Shown in pieces: positions 27,401 to 39,223 of a stretch of 64,000 bases of DNA (positions within the stretch are counted from its first letter, which is position 1; each line of letters begins with the position of its first letter). The notes under the pieces are model-generated. The model was not told where the DNA came from, did not search any database, and worked only from the letters and a program-made list of their open reading frames with translations. Where the stretch lies: assembly GCA_002633005.1 (NCBI GenBank), contig NMRA01000468.1, positions 223,152 to 287,151 on the forward strand, read 5' to 3'. Both the position numbers and the translations under genes were made by a program. This DNA comes from Phoronis australis (lineage: Eukaryota > Animalia > Phoronida).

Positions 27401-30400
27401 ATTTCAGATCCAGCGACTTCTGAACCGTATAAACATCACCCTTCTATCCATTTGAGAATCTATGAAAACCGGACAAAGTCAACAGAGATGGGGGAGAGGG
27501 AATGGACGCCTTAGTATTTGCTATGGCCTGTTGGCATCACCAACACAAAAAAAGCAAACAGCCACCACAACTCATCACCACTACTCGTCACCACTACTCG
27601 TCACTACTTCTGGGACTTGATTTAGCAAGCTTCAGCTCGCTAGTGCTATTTCCAATTCTGTTTGACGACCAGGTAACATTTCCAAGTGGCTAAGAAATCG
27701 CTGCAATTTTGCGAGTTACAACCAGAACACAGATGAACTCTGTTATCCTCTTAGGTAAGAGCTTAACAGGAAATCCAGTCACCATTCTTATTTCTCCAGC
27801 AGCTGGGTCACTTTCCAAGGTTTCGCGGCAGACATTTGCTCTTGCGCTTTGGTGTGGTTACATTGTACCTTCCGCTTTTTCAATTTAGGTGTCCAATTTT
27901 TTTCATTTTCGAATGGCAGGAACTATAATTCTGTTGTGAAAGCCATTTATTTTGCACTAGACGGGGATTTCATGCTTTAGTGAGATCACTTCCCAGGTTG
28001 CACTTGCCGACTTCCCAGGTTGCACTTGCCGACTTCTCGTGGATTGGAGCACTGACTTCTTTACAAATAGTTTGAACTGAGTGACATTAAAGTATGCCTA
28101 TAGGCAACAGCACCTCAATAAATAATCTTAAGCTCAGGCCTTCATGAACTAGGCCTAAACAGTTTATTCCATGTCTATCACACACCCTGTTAATTGGGTG
28201 CTTAAGAAATAATGTCCCCTAGTGTTTGCATTGAGACTGAAAAATGAGCCTGTGGTCTGTGTATTCAAACATGATCCAGTGGCCCAAGAAAGGAGACCCA
28301 AAGATGCTGTCTTTACTAAAAAACAGTCTTTGAAAATGAAGGACAATCTGTCCAAGTCAGATAGAAATAACTTCCTTGGTAACATCATTTAAGTTTAGGA
28401 GCTTGACGTATGTTAAAGTTGCCCTGTACCCAGAATATGTTGTTTCACAGCCACAATTTCTCAGGTGCCTCGCATAAATTTTATTCAGGAGAGTTTAAAG
28501 TGAGGCAAGGCTTATTCAAACCGAACCTGTCCTAGTTTGGAATAGTACACATTCCATTTGAGAAACGATACTTTATCATAAGGCTACCTGCAATAAACGT
28601 GAAATTCAATGCCACTACGCAAGCGATTATCTATGCAGAAAATCCTGTAAACAGCATTTTAGCCACTGACCTGTGACAGAAGCATTAGTGATAGTTACCA
28701 AGGTCTGTCCAGAGAGATAACACAGGGGCACTGCTGCCCATGAAACACAATTTCAATACAGTAGTGGTGCACTAATGCTCTTGTTCCTATTCATTTTGCT
28801 TGTAAACTTAGCAACACGCTCGAAAATGCTTGCGACGTACTATCATTTATAGATAATGTACATAATTATTCATTCAGGCATCTGAAGTATTGACGCGAAA
28901 GAAATAACGAAGACTGTACACTTCTGAAAACAACATCTTTAGGTAATCGTTGATAAATTAAGTTGGTTTTAAATCTGCTAACACCTTTTAACTTCTTGGT
29001 TTAGCTTGTTAGTGAGATTGAGATTTAAGTTCTGATGGAAATGTAAACGACAAAAAAGGCTGGAATTTTTTCATCCAAAGCCGACAGATTTATTATAAAT
29101 GACACCAGCTGACAGATCAGCATCGCCAGTTGACCATGGACCATAGCAAGCCTTGATAAATGAACACAGCAGCATAAATGCTGTTTGCAGCTTCCAATGG
29201 AAACGAGATTGGATTCACAGATGCAGGAGAATAGATGAGCCCTCTGTGTCATATTGAGCTTCACTAAGCACAGTCGATCTAATTAACCAGTCTTCGTATT
29301 ACTGTGAGTCATGATTCGATTTTCCAAAAGTCACAACATGAAAGCGAAACAAAAACGACAAACGGATACGTTTCATGATTCATTTTTGTGATCTGCATTT
29401 GATGACATTGGATACAGTGATCAGTTTACGAGGTTAACTCTTACGGTTACGTGTCCCCTAGTTCAAATGTCGTCTGCATCTTGCAGCATCGTAGTAAGCA
29501 GCAACTATCACCATAAAAAGTATACGTTTTCTGATTTTAAGGGTAAAGGTGAATCCTTTACTGTCATCCAAAGCACTTAGGTCTTCCTAGTTATGTCATG
29601 ACCCTGCATATTTCACTTCTGCAGCATAATTACGCTACTGAAATGCTTAAAATTTCAAATCAATAATATTGTAGACAGGTGAATCACTCCAGGAGTGGGT
29701 GGGATGACAGACAATCAGGCGTTATATTGCAATAGGGAACTCAACACTGGTTTATCAGAGTTAAGAGGTACGTGAAGTGAATTAGGAAATATCCACTTAA
29801 ATTGCAGGATCTAAGAAAACAAAAATGTTCTCAAAAATTTTACCACCAGTTCAATCTACCAATTTTTTGAAAACCCAAAAGATCTTAAAGACGCAGTCTC
29901 ATTAAATTGTGAATATGCAAATGAAGCACTAATTTACAAACAACCCCGGGTTCTCCATCCGAGAACCAGTTATCATTACAAACTTGCGAAAGTCTTGTTT
30001 CACAAGACTATCTTCTTTATGTAAATTATTATGGTAATATTTCATCGTTATCCTAATGAAACAAGGCAGTTTATTTTTTTATGTCACTGTCAAATAACGA
30101 TTACGAAATATTTGGAATTACTAGGGTTTTCTATATGTTCACACTTGTTTTTGTGTGCATCAGTTGAGGTGTTTTCTTTAAAATGTGGTGTTTTCTTTAA
30201 AGCTGCATTTATTCACAAATTGTTTCTTTACATGATTATACTTCAGGGCTTGGAATGACCAATGGCAAAAAACGCGGAAATTTTTACGGCCCGAAACATG
30301 CGCGCAGCCAGCCTTGAAAAAGCCGGTGTGGGCCGATCAAAATCGAGAGAACTAAAAAAAAAAAAAAAAAACGGTACCACCTCCGGAAGCGTGCGTCTGC

Positions 30401-32209
30401 GTCTGTCTTAGCTCGTCTGCCACTCCCCCCTCCCAACATTTTTTGAGAGTCGTAGTATTTGTCACCGCGGTTTACAATCACACGAGCCGCCATGCCGCCA
30501 TTGAGGAAATCCACCATGCTATCGCAGATGCCCCGGCAATGTTGACAATTTACATTCCTCCGAAACATAAAGAGCAACTTCCTCTTTTCGAGGTGAAAGT
30601 CGTCGGCAACACGCGGTAAGAAAGACATTTGCCGCGGAAATTTTATATCAAATCCGATTTTTTTTACGCGGAAATATAATAAAATACGCGGAAAAAACAT
30701 TTGAAAAAAGCGGAAATCCGCATTTCCGCGGAAAATTCCAAGCCCTGATACTTGTACACACAGTTCTCCAGGAAGTCACTAGGTGGCGCTTGCTACAAAT
30801 TTAAATATTCACTATTTTAACGAGGCATTGCATCTTTAAGAAGTAAGTGAAGTGAATTAGGAAACATCCATTTAAACTGCAGGATTTAAGAAAACAGAAA
30901 TGTTCGCAAAAATTTTACCACCAGTTCAATCTACCAATTTTTTGAAAACCCAAAAGATCTTACTCTGTTCAATGACAAAAAAGTACTTGTTGGCCAAGTG
31001 GAAAATTGGTTTTGAAGAAATCACCATTGCAATTGAACACACTAAAAATGCAAAAACTCGATAGCCTCCTAAAGAAGCATCCTGGCTTGATTCTGTGCGC
31101 TTCGTGATACACTACTTGCACGAATTCGATATTATGTGTGAAAACGAGGTGTAGTGTCCAAACTACAATGGTTTATCACACGAACTTCTAGTACTTAGTG
31201 AATTTCTCGCACATCTTCAAAATTTTCGCAAACTACGAAATTTTGTCATTTGTACTTTTACTCTTAATTTAAACACAGACTATATAGTAGGAGCACCAAC
31301 TTCATACACGACATCTAAAATCCCAGAATGCAGCTCTGCTAAATAAGGAATAAGCCGTTAGAGCTGGAATTTTGTATTAAATTCCTGAACTAAACCAAAA
31401 ACTATTCACAAAACCAAGAATTCTACTGCAGAAAGGTCCTGAACCACTTTTCACTGCTAAAATGTTTTCAGTAGTAGAGCTAGGCAGTAAAATAGATAAC
31501 AGAATTTCCAAATAAATGGAAGTTGAATTAGCATTTTGAGAACAAAGTTGTCTCCGTTGAATAACAATTAACGAGTCAGTTATTCAACTAGTTAGTGATA
31601 ATTTAAAGCAAATAAAGAACTGAACTAAAAAGGCTGACTTTCGAAAACTACGTCTTTTCACAACTTAGGTCACAGGGTCAACGGCCTAATCTTGTTCTTA
31701 TCGAAGCAATTAATTGAAAGAATAATAAACAACGCTATCGCGGCTGTAACATGCAAGTTTAAAAACAAAACTTTTAACCTCTTCAGACAGCCTGATTTCA
31801 ACTTTGAAACAAAGGAATTCTACCAATCATTTATAATCCGTTTTATCAAAGTTTAGCTTATGCCATGGTCAAACGCCAAACTGCTCAAACACCAGTGAAT
31901 CGCCACGTGTTATGACGTTCGTTTATATTTCACATTGCAAGATATTAATAACCTGACTAAAGCACCGATAAAACAGACATGCTTGTGACTGCTTATCAAA
32001 CAAAGATATGAATACAATTTTTTGGAAACGGTAGAATCTTCGATATCAAAAATGAAACCGTGAAACCGGAGCACAAAAAGCTGAACAACGATCGAGCGCG
32101 CACCTGCAGCGACACAATGGTATCAAATTTCACATAACTAACCTCCTTGAGCAGACACCAGGGCAGTCCATAAAATCAGTAGACAGCTAATACACAAAAG
32201 TCGCTCCAT
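312..32209 (-). CDS. NCAM/Fasciclin-II-like Ig cell-adhesion molecule, 5' part: join(32143-32209, 6457-6601, 5348-5490, 3967-4110, 3315-3458, 2322-2537, 312-470); continues beyond window start
   Basis: Manual splicing gives 1018 nt of open frame, all introns GT..AG with matching phases (1,2,1,1,1,1,1): MERLLCISCLLILWTALVSAQG-VKIDPENEKFVTLGEESSVKC..IRWQRNG..AGIYKC..EATIQIRAK-VELKITSKEKQLMFIHQPGSINC..ITW..DEGSYKC..ITVEVY-IPPKI..LICQACGKPTPEFYF..DTADYTC..FEVI. Signal peptide plus three Ig domains with C..W..(D)xxxYxC motifs. AGIYKC/EAT, DEGxYxC and V-PPxI motifs and the half-domain exons are typical of the NCAM family. Family call made by eye, not by search. Confidence 0.88.
506..2087 (+). mobile_element. 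Non-autonomous Helentron/DINE-1(HINE)-like element with internal ~145-bp tandem repeats
   Basis: Starts AAACAGGACAAGAGAACGC; GGAC microsatellite at ~2001-2041; terminal hairpin ATGCGTCCACATAT-AA-ATATGTGGGCGCAT (2053-2082) followed by an A-run; related ATGCGACCA near the 5' end (~536); internal tandem units. This matches the architecture of DINE-1/HINE elements. Confidence 0.7.
590..1910 (+). repeat. Tandem array, ~142-161-bp monomers in a ~435-447-bp trimeric higher-order repeat, each monomer with a CCACTAG(G/A)(G/T)GGC motif
   Basis: Motif starts at 599, 744, 886, 1035, 1179, 1321, 1482, 1730, 1874 (a deleted unit around 1610). Units 744/1179, 886/1321 and 1035/1482/1730 are most alike. Confidence 0.9.
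2322..2537 (-). CDS. Exon 6, N-half of Ig3
   Basis: ccTTAG acceptor; (I)PPKITKYPENGESGTRGDLQKELICQACGKPTPEFYFTKAGSIAFLGEQCLPGALDCDNSGHYQKTTRNVP; GTACTT donor; 216 nt, phase 1-1. Confidence 0.88.
3315..3458 (-). CDS. Exon 5, C-half of Ig2
   Basis: ttgttCAG acceptor; (D)RIQLVGTEMKFSNVTMADEGSYKCSAFPFDDISTEGSPSLRITVEVY; GTAAGT donor; 144 nt, phase 1-1; N-glycosylation sequon NVT. Confidence 0.92.
3493..3676. repeat. 9-bp minisatellite (TGAACATTG/TGAACATTA alternating), about 20 units
   Basis: Directly visible; explains the HNV/MFI/EHC repeat ORFs. Confidence 0.97.
3967..4110 (-). CDS. Exon 4, N-half of Ig2
   Basis: Long polypyrimidine tract plus CAG; (V)ELKITSKEKQLMFIHQPGSINCETTAQAEITWARLNDQGIYEPLGSS; GTACAG donor; 144 nt, phase 1-1. 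Confidence 0.88.
5348..5490 (-). CDS. Exon 3, C-half of Ig1
   Basis: ctttcAAG acceptor; (I)TVYQVKVGSKSYLKFKKFSAGEAGIYKCIGIRPGVDPVEATIQIRAK; GTAAGA donor; 143 nt, phase 2-1. Confidence 0.9.
5544..5598. mobile_element. Short palindromic MITE-like element (ATTTTGAGAACCAGTTT..AAACTGGTTCTCAAAAT), copy 1
   Basis: Perfect 17-bp inverted arms; related copies at 24968-25077, 31534-31589 and a fragment at ~55068-55083. Confidence 0.75.
6457..6601 (-). CDS. Exon 2, N-half of Ig1
   Basis: ctttTCCAG acceptor; (V)KIDPENEKFVTLGEESSVKCVKEDGTNIQDIRWQRNGVDVAASDSQD; GTAAGT donor; 145 nt, phase 1-2. Confidence 0.92.
19156..19648 (+). mobile_element. hAT-like MITE (~493 bp), copy A
   Basis: 13-bp TIR CAGGGCTTGGAAT..ATTCCAAGCCCTG; 6-bp TSD TACAGT on both sides; homologous along its whole length to 30244-30747 (inverted). 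Confidence 0.92.
24968..25077. mobile_element. Palindromic MITE-like element, longer copy in inverted orientation
   Basis: Inner arms 24995-25050 identical to those of copy 1; outer imperfect arms GGCAATAGTCGGATA / TATCCGACCATTACC. Confidence 0.75.
27989..28035. repeat. 22-bp tandem duplication ACTTCCCAGGTTGCACTTGCCG x2
   Basis: Directly visible. Confidence 0.9.
29889..30835. mobile_element. TTAA-target MITE (Kolobok/piggyBac-type target) interrupted by MITE copy B
   Basis: TTAA at 29885-29888 and 30836-30839; ~40-bp imperfect TIRs AGACGCAGTCTCATTAAATTGTGAATAT vs (rc) AGATGCAATGCCTCGTTAAAATAGTGAATAT. Confidence 0.7.
30244..30747 (-). mobile_element. hAT-like MITE (~504 bp), copy B
   Basis: Same TIRs; 6-bp TSD ATACTT on both sides; reverse complement of copy A. 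Confidence 0.92.
32143..32209 (-). CDS. Exon 1 (signal peptide MERLLCISCLLILWTALVSAQG) of the NCAM-like gene
   Basis: ATG at 32209, 22 codons + 1 nt, then GTTAGT donor (phase 1, matching exon 2). Hydrophobic core with a V-S-A cleavage-like site, at the edge of a CpG-richer region. Confidence 0.8.
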
Positions 32210-32560
32210 GACAAAGTTTGCACCCCTCGTTCTCAGTGGGTAATTTTTGCCGTTTCAATATCTTCGCCACACAACACACCTCTACCCGCAACAACAACGA
32301 GAACTGGTCACACGCACAGGTTGTAATATTCCTACAGTTCAACAAATAAGTGCGTAAAATATAAAAATGCCAAACTCGCCACAGTAAATTAAACGACTTT
32401 GTGTTTCCTGGAGAAGAGCGAGCGAAGGCGCGACTAGAAACAAAGTACGCAGTTCACCAAAAACCAAGATGCTTCTGGAATGCTCGTTAGACAGTAACGG
32501 TTTCGCGGGTATGCACTATTTTCGACGCTTGGTTGTTCTATCACCGATGATGTCATTTCC
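32210..32560 (-). promoter_or_regulatory. Probable 5'UTR/promoter of the NCAM-like gene
   Basis: CpG-richer segment directly upstream of the exon-1 ATG; exact TSS not determinable. Confidence 0.5.
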
Positions 32561-32949
32561 CACAATCCCCTGTTCTTGTGAATGCGGACTCGAACAAGGT
32601 GCAAACAGTCAACTTCGACTTCGTACTCAAATGTGATAAATCAAAGTCTGTTGTGATATTAGCCTTACTCGACGCTAACATGAAAATAGGTGTAATTTGC
32701 ACGTTAGGAAATCATAATTTCTGTGACTGTAACCTCATACAAAGTGCCGCAAATTTTCTAATTTAAGGAATGTCGATATAAAGCCGATCTCTCAGTAATA
32801 TAAAAACTGTGGTCGGGGGATCCGATTAGGTGGTTACTGGAAATTAACGCCCAGTACAAGCCAAGCCATACCTTGTAGTGAAGAAATGGTCATGTTATGC
32901 TGTCTGCCATGGTAAACTTTGTCCAAATTAACACACATCGCTTTTTAAT

Positions 32950-33083
32950 CAGTGATGGATTAAGGGGGGGGGCAAGGTCCCCGCTCTAAAATTCTGCCAT
33001 ATTCCATTGGACAGTTCAAGGTTGTGTCGGGCAAAATTCTAGCTAATACTCTGTCCTGCTNCAAGCTCTTGGGTCCACCCTTG
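32950..33083 (-). mobile_element. Short hAT-like MITE, degenerate; related fragment at 40028-40090
   Basis: Ends CAGTGATGGATT..GGTCCACCCTTG flanked by TTAAT on both sides; shares CAGAGTATTAGC(T/C)AG(A/G)ATTTTG with the CAGGGGCGGATCCAGG-led fragment at 40028. Confidence 0.55.
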
Positions 33084-34686
33084 TTAATGGAAGCCACAAT
33101 ATTTCCATGACAGGATGGGCTCGTCGTTACCATCCACTAGTAAGTATGACTACAGAATACCGAAAAAGTGTATCTCACGTAGGCCTACGTCAAGCAGCTA
33201 TAAATCTGCCTTTCGCCACAAAAAATACTTACAGTTATGAAATTGGTCTCAAAGCAGTGGTGGATCTAGAATGATGTGACATTTCGTTATTGCTCGAGTC
33301 TAGTTAGTTCCGGAGTCAGCAACAGTTTTAGACGGCTTCATAGAGTTACGCTATCTAAATCAAAAATTAGTAGGTGTGTGCGCAGTTTCAATAAAACTTA
33401 AAATCAAGTTACACACTGTAAGTTGTTACCAAAATCGATATACTTTTGATAGAAAATTATGAAACCTTAATCTCAATTGTAGCAGAAAGCTTAGATATTC
33501 AACATATCGGTTCTTGTTTGTAGTAGTTAAATATCAGACTGGCGTTTCGCACACACGCACTTAACCTAATGGGAAAATAGAACTATCCGAGTGCATACTC
33601 AAGGCCAGGAAATTCATAGACGATTTTCCACTTTTTGAGCAGTTGTTTGTGTATGAAGAGATTAATGCCATATGTTACACATACGGGAAAATTGATCATT
33701 GTATGCATAATGGAGATTTGAGTCAGTCTGGAATTTTTTAAGTAAGCGAGTAAGTCTACTTGTTAAAAACGATAAAACTAGTGTGTTGAACACTTAGAAG
33801 CAGACTCGAAACTGAAACCTCGGGATTACCACGTATGCACACATTTAGTCATATCTCTTTCTAGTGTACGGAAACACGTTTAAGATAACATAAGTAAAGG
33901 TTCTTACTTATCTGGTTCTAAGAGCCAGATGGTAGTGTACTTCTCTTCAAGGTAAAGGTACATTTTCTGAGTATTTAGCTGCCAAAAAGTGAATTAACCA
34001 TTCTCAAAGTTGCGGAATCCCTGTTTTTCATAATTTTGGATTGGTTTCTAATAGTTTATAATTGAAAATATTTTTTTCAAATCTTTTCCAACAAGGAAAA
34101 AGTTACATTTTCAAAATAAAACGCAACCGTGCGGCGAGAACCTGAGAAAGTCATTAGTTTACAATCAACTAAATGAGTGTTTTCACCAAGACATAAAAAT
34201 TCTTACAAGGTGCACCTAGAGAAATTGGTATTGCAGATAATTGATGAATGGAATCAGGCTTAATAATTGTCTGTAATTTTCAGTAATTATCCGAAAAACA
34301 GATGGAGATGAGATTATACACCGTGTTTCGCAATCCCGGAATTATATTATGAGATTATACAACATATCAAGCCAACTTGAATTTTTCTTATTCTGGATTT
34401 TTAAAAATTGTCAGACGTTGATAAAATTTCCAGGGCACTGTGGGCCTTCGTTAGTTATTTGTTCAAGAGTATCTCATGCATTATGCTGCACGTCTCATCG
34501 ATTTGTTCGTCTTCTCTGTTTTATGCATTAATCCCCCTCGAGTCCACTGTGAGTTAGCGCCATTAGGCGTTAACAACGATCAATGCAGTTTTTAAGGAAA
34601 ACTGAGAATCGAATAATGTTTTAGCTTCTTCCGGTGCCTCTGTGAAAGCTCACTAAACTTGAAGACATCGCACCTCTATCAAGTGG

Positions 34687-35012
34687 TAGAAACGAATTCC
34701 ATGATCACGCCTCTGAAACCCAGCTACCATCTAAGAGAACCGACTGCTCTGTGTTTGCTACAGTTCACTTGTAAATCCCACTAAACAAATCCCCAGACCT
34801 GCGCCCTAAATCCTACACATGCGCCGAAAATGCTCCATACGCAGTGACCAAATTCCAGTCCCGAGGACCCAAAACTCCAGTCTCGGGCAACAAATTCGGC
34901 CTCACCCATTATTGGTGTGAGGTTGGGGATTTTTACCGGGGGTTAGGTATCTAGAGCCAGTCCAAGACTGGGGTTTAGAGAATCAAGAGGCGTGGTCATG
35001 GAATCGTTTCTA
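34687..35012. mobile_element. ~325-bp MITE with ~27-bp TIRs
   Basis: TAGAAACGAATTCCATGATCACGCCTCT .. AGAGGCGTGGTCATGGAATCGTTTCTA; terminal TA may be the TSD. Confidence 0.75.
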
Positions 35013-38000
35013 AGACAATAGTCCCTGTCTATCGTTTCTTTTCAGTCACTCAAGACATTGTTATCGCGAAGAAAACAGATGACGGAAGGGCCGAATTATG
35101 ACAACAAAAGATGAACGAGTGCATTTCAGTGGCACGAATACTGATTCTGTTTTATCCGCGAAAAAGCCTTGCCAAATATACGCATGTGCACAAGTACCTA
35201 CATTGACGTAAGGCGTTGCGTGTCTGTGTTTTTTCAAGTTGGCGCATGCGTCGAATTCCGGACACGGACGTAATTTCGCATAATTATAGACTTAGGGATC
35301 TAATACGCGCGCATATAAGATTCTTTGAAGTACGTAGATATTCCAAGTCTTCGCTGACACTCCACTCAAATTCGAAATTATCAGCAGGTTTTATCGAACT
35401 TAGTGTAGTTACCATTAAGTTGTAGATTATTTATGCTTAGTATTCAGAACACGTCGAAACTATACGTGCACTAAATTTATTACATTGTTAAATTACGCTG
35501 CAGTCGTGTTGAATCTCTAGGTACCTGGTAAACGCACAGATTTTATGAAAGCTGGTGTGACCGAGGAAGATATCGACCTAGAGTTTATGGAAAGTTTTTT
35601 TTTTTTCTTATACAGGTTCCTGCCGTGTCAAACTCGACTTCAGAACGTCCGATAAAGACTTATCTCTGCGAAATGAGCTGGGTCCGGCGAGTGGAGATGG
35701 AAAACTGACCAAAAACATGCCACGAATAATCAATGTGGCACAGAAGTGTGTTTGGCTTTGGAAGAAAATCATAATTTTGTATTATGCTCCCATTTCGTAA
35801 TTACTGAATAGAAGTTTAGCCATGTAATTATTAACCAATCACAGTCTAGAAATGATTTACACAAATTATCTTTGTAACTAGCAGTTACGCATTCCTAGGG
35901 ACCTTGTACTTTTGCTAGAGTAAGGTTTAGATTTTTTTCAGGAATTTTTGTCTAAAGGTTTAGTCACTTTTCATTCCAAATTGTTTTTCTCCAGTTTGCG
36001 TTGGTACGACAGTTCTCTCAGTGTCCTCAGTCACAATCAGTGAGGAGAGGTCTGAAGTAACCGAAATGGCGTTGAATTTCTTTTAGTCCACGTCATGTTC
36101 TTAAGAGATCATAGTTAGTTATGATAATTTTAGATGTGGACCTTAAATAAATATTTGAGTTTTTCTTCCCAATGAGTCACAGTTAGTCACTTTCGAATCC
36201 GTTAGGTCTCAGTTGGACAAGTTAAACAAGCGGGAAAAATGCAATGATTAATCGTAATCATGATATACTTTTTCGTCTTATAGTCATGTTCGTATTCGGT
36301 TAGTCTGTATAGCCGTTGGTCATTTGTGAACTAAGCTTGCCTAAAATCAATGCTGATTTTGCCCGATTCTTTGCCTTCCAGATTGTCGAGATCGTAAGCG
36401 CATTAATTGCTGCAACTCAGCTTACGACAAGCGCGAAGTCGACGACTAGTCCAATCGATTTCCTGTGCGTAAGAATACGAAGACAATCATGGCTATATGA
36501 ATAATAAATAACTTAACCTTAGGATATCCGAATGTACCCAACGTACAGTCGTATATAAAACTAGATGCACTGAACTTCGCCAATTCCATTCAGAATTGAA
36601 TTTTCATGTCGCTAAAATTTTAGAGACTGGATTCGGTATATTTCGCGCGAGGTTTGCTTTTTCAATGTTGGGCGTTGGTCCCTGCTTGAAGACATTCGCC
36701 GTTAGGAAATATTCTTCACTTTTCTTCTCTCTCTACCTGAACGCAAATTATAAATTAGGTTTTTCAATCACATAAAATATGTCTCAAACTTGTCTACGCC
36801 ATGACAGAAAGCAACTTCCGTTCCCAAGCAGAGCAAATAGCTGATGTCAACCACTAAGAAAAAAGGGCGACCATTTGGCCAACCCTTCCAAAATTGGGAA
36901 GATATTAATTGCTTTAGCCAACAGAAACCTTGTAAGGATTTTTTGGACCAGTTTGTTTCAGTTCATAGTTCTATTTCTTTATTCGCATGATTAGATTTAA
37001 ATAGGAAGGAAATTCCCTTTAATCAAATGGTATAAATAACAATGTCTTCATATTAATACGTATCTCCTGTTTCAAAAATAGAGATAGAAGAGCCTACTCG
37101 TATAGTTGTACATACTCAACAACTATAACGCTGCAATTTGTGTAATTCGTTTTGCATCACAACCGCACCCTGGCTGACATGGAGCTTTAGATCGATATTC
37201 CAGCCTCATTGGATATTATCGCTGTGGATTCCTCTAGTCTAATGAAGACGCATCGACTTCGGTTGTCCACGCGACGGTCAAATGTACAGTTATTATTAAA
37301 ATTGTGTATAACACGAATGTGAAGTTGGCATTTTTGCGGGGACAACTTCTTCCGCGTCTGCAGCGATATTATTCGCCTATCAGTTTTTAAAAACAATTCT
37401 AAAATAAGAAATAAATGAAGCACCCGTTTTCGCTCAGTGTTTTTAAATCACGTTACTCAGCCACATTAAATATCCCTCAGTTTTTTCAGACACTCCATGG
37501 ACAGTTCAAACTTAGTTCGAAGAACTGTTTGGGGATTTGGCATGAAAAAGAGTTGCGCGCAGGTCTGGAGCATCTCATGAGCCGCTGTGGGGTGTCTCTC
37601 CGTGTAGTGTAAACGAGTGCGTGTTACTTTTTGTAGAAAACCCCCACGCTACGTTATTTTGGGCAAAAACTGACAAACTACTCGGCACAAGGAAGAAATC
37701 TGCAGTGCTCCATATTTCGCTGAGTGTTTTATACCCGTTGGCAGATAATTAATTTTTCGAAAAAGTGTGCTATTGTGCAGATCATCCAAATATTGACTGA
37801 GGCCCCGCTCCAACATTGTGCTAGGTGTCTTGAAAGAATTTTGGAGACCGTGTTTACAAGTAGGCCCAGTCGTCATTTTTAACACAGAAAGGAGACCAGA
37901 CAAGACGAATAGGTTGCTGTTTTATGTCGTTTGCATAGCCATGAATGTAAATATTTAGCGCGGTCTGATGGCCGTTTTCAGTGTTGTAGATGAAAGACTG

Positions 38001-39186
38001 GTATGGTGATAGTAGCGACATCTATAGACACACAAGACAGTTTTGAACTGAACGATGATTAACTTCAGAAGAACTAATATTCGTGGTATTTCATTTTTTT
38101 TCTAAAAAGCAACGTTCATTTTTGCTATGCCCCAGTATTCTTGTTGGTGTATTGTGATGAACGCAATATTACATAATCAGCATTTTCAAAATAAAGAGAA
38201 GGCAATTTGAAACAGTTCTCGGATCAGTCGGAATCAATCGATATTGCAAGGACTGGAAATATTTATTACATACGTTTGGCTTCGTACATTATAAAATGTC
38301 TTTTGCAAGATCAAATCTTGTTTTTATTTGCTCAGAGCCTTTTCCGATAATTACATTGTTTTGATACAAATTAGTGCCTGTACGTGTTCTTGAGTTGCCA
38401 GTTACGATATATAAAGTGGAAAGTGAGCATTTGGTCTGTACAGTGAATACAGTGTAGCTGTACGTAAATATAGCCTGACTGTTCAAGCTTAATTCCTGAT
38501 TATTTGCCTATTACATGAAAAGCATCTCCAAACGTTCGAAGAATTCCTTTGCCGTGTTTTACATAAAATATCGTTAGACCACGTTAAAATACTAGACCTG
38601 CTACAGATTTTTTAGAGCTTGTTGTAACTGTCCACAGGGCTTTCTGAAAGAGACATCATGGAGTCTTCTTCGAACCTTTTTCTCAAGGGCTGAGTTCCGT
38701 AGACGCAAGACTATCGCACAGGACATTAATGTGCTCACGTGTTCTCTAATACATGAGGATATCCCACTTTTCAATTTTTGTTGGAGTCGATAGCAACCAT
38801 ACGTCTATCGGGTACATGCTTTTATGTTCTGCGTGAACTTAGAAAGGAAACGATATGACTCGGTCAGCCAGGCACATTATTGGAGTTATCGATTTATAAT
38901 ACCATTCGTGTTATGACGTCAAGATGACACTGACATTTTGAACGTCTGCCAACTTCGACAAAGCTTTGCTACAATGCTTTATCAAAAACACACATTTCAA
39001 CTTTTTGAAAAATTCTCTTCAAAATATTTAAAGAGTGATGAAAAAATAAAAGAATGATCTCGGAAATTTTTCCGCATACTCTGCCTTCCCCGGGCTTTTC
39101 GGAGCCCGGTTATTGGTAGGGGGTCGAAGAGTACCTCCACATAGCTCGGAACTAGAGGCTCGTCAGATTCACATACTAAGTAGAAC

Positions 39187-39223
39187 CAGGAAGAGATAAC
39201 CAGGTCCTGGTTATCTCTTCCTG
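39187..39223. mobile_element. 37-bp perfect palindromic micro-element with 7-bp TSD
   Basis: CAGGAAGAGATAACCAGG-T-CCTGGTTATCTCTTCCTG flanked by GTAGAAC at 39180-39186 and 39224-39230. Confidence 0.8.

Larger units (their letters stand above)
29761..30962 (+). repeat. ~128-bp direct duplication (29761-29888 and 30836-30962) flanking the nested elements
   Basis: Both copies begin TTAAGA and end CCCAAAAGATCTTA; 8 mismatches counted by eye. Confidence 0.9.

Noticed and set aside
27290-27540. Second, decayed HINE-like element
   Set aside because: Only vague similarity in composition and end motifs; boundaries cannot be supported.
30284-30700. 138-aa ORF (and similar ORFs at 19126-19689) as a transposase
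   Set aside because: Lies within a 500-bp MITE, lacks DDE/hAT motifs, and the frame is not preserved between copies.
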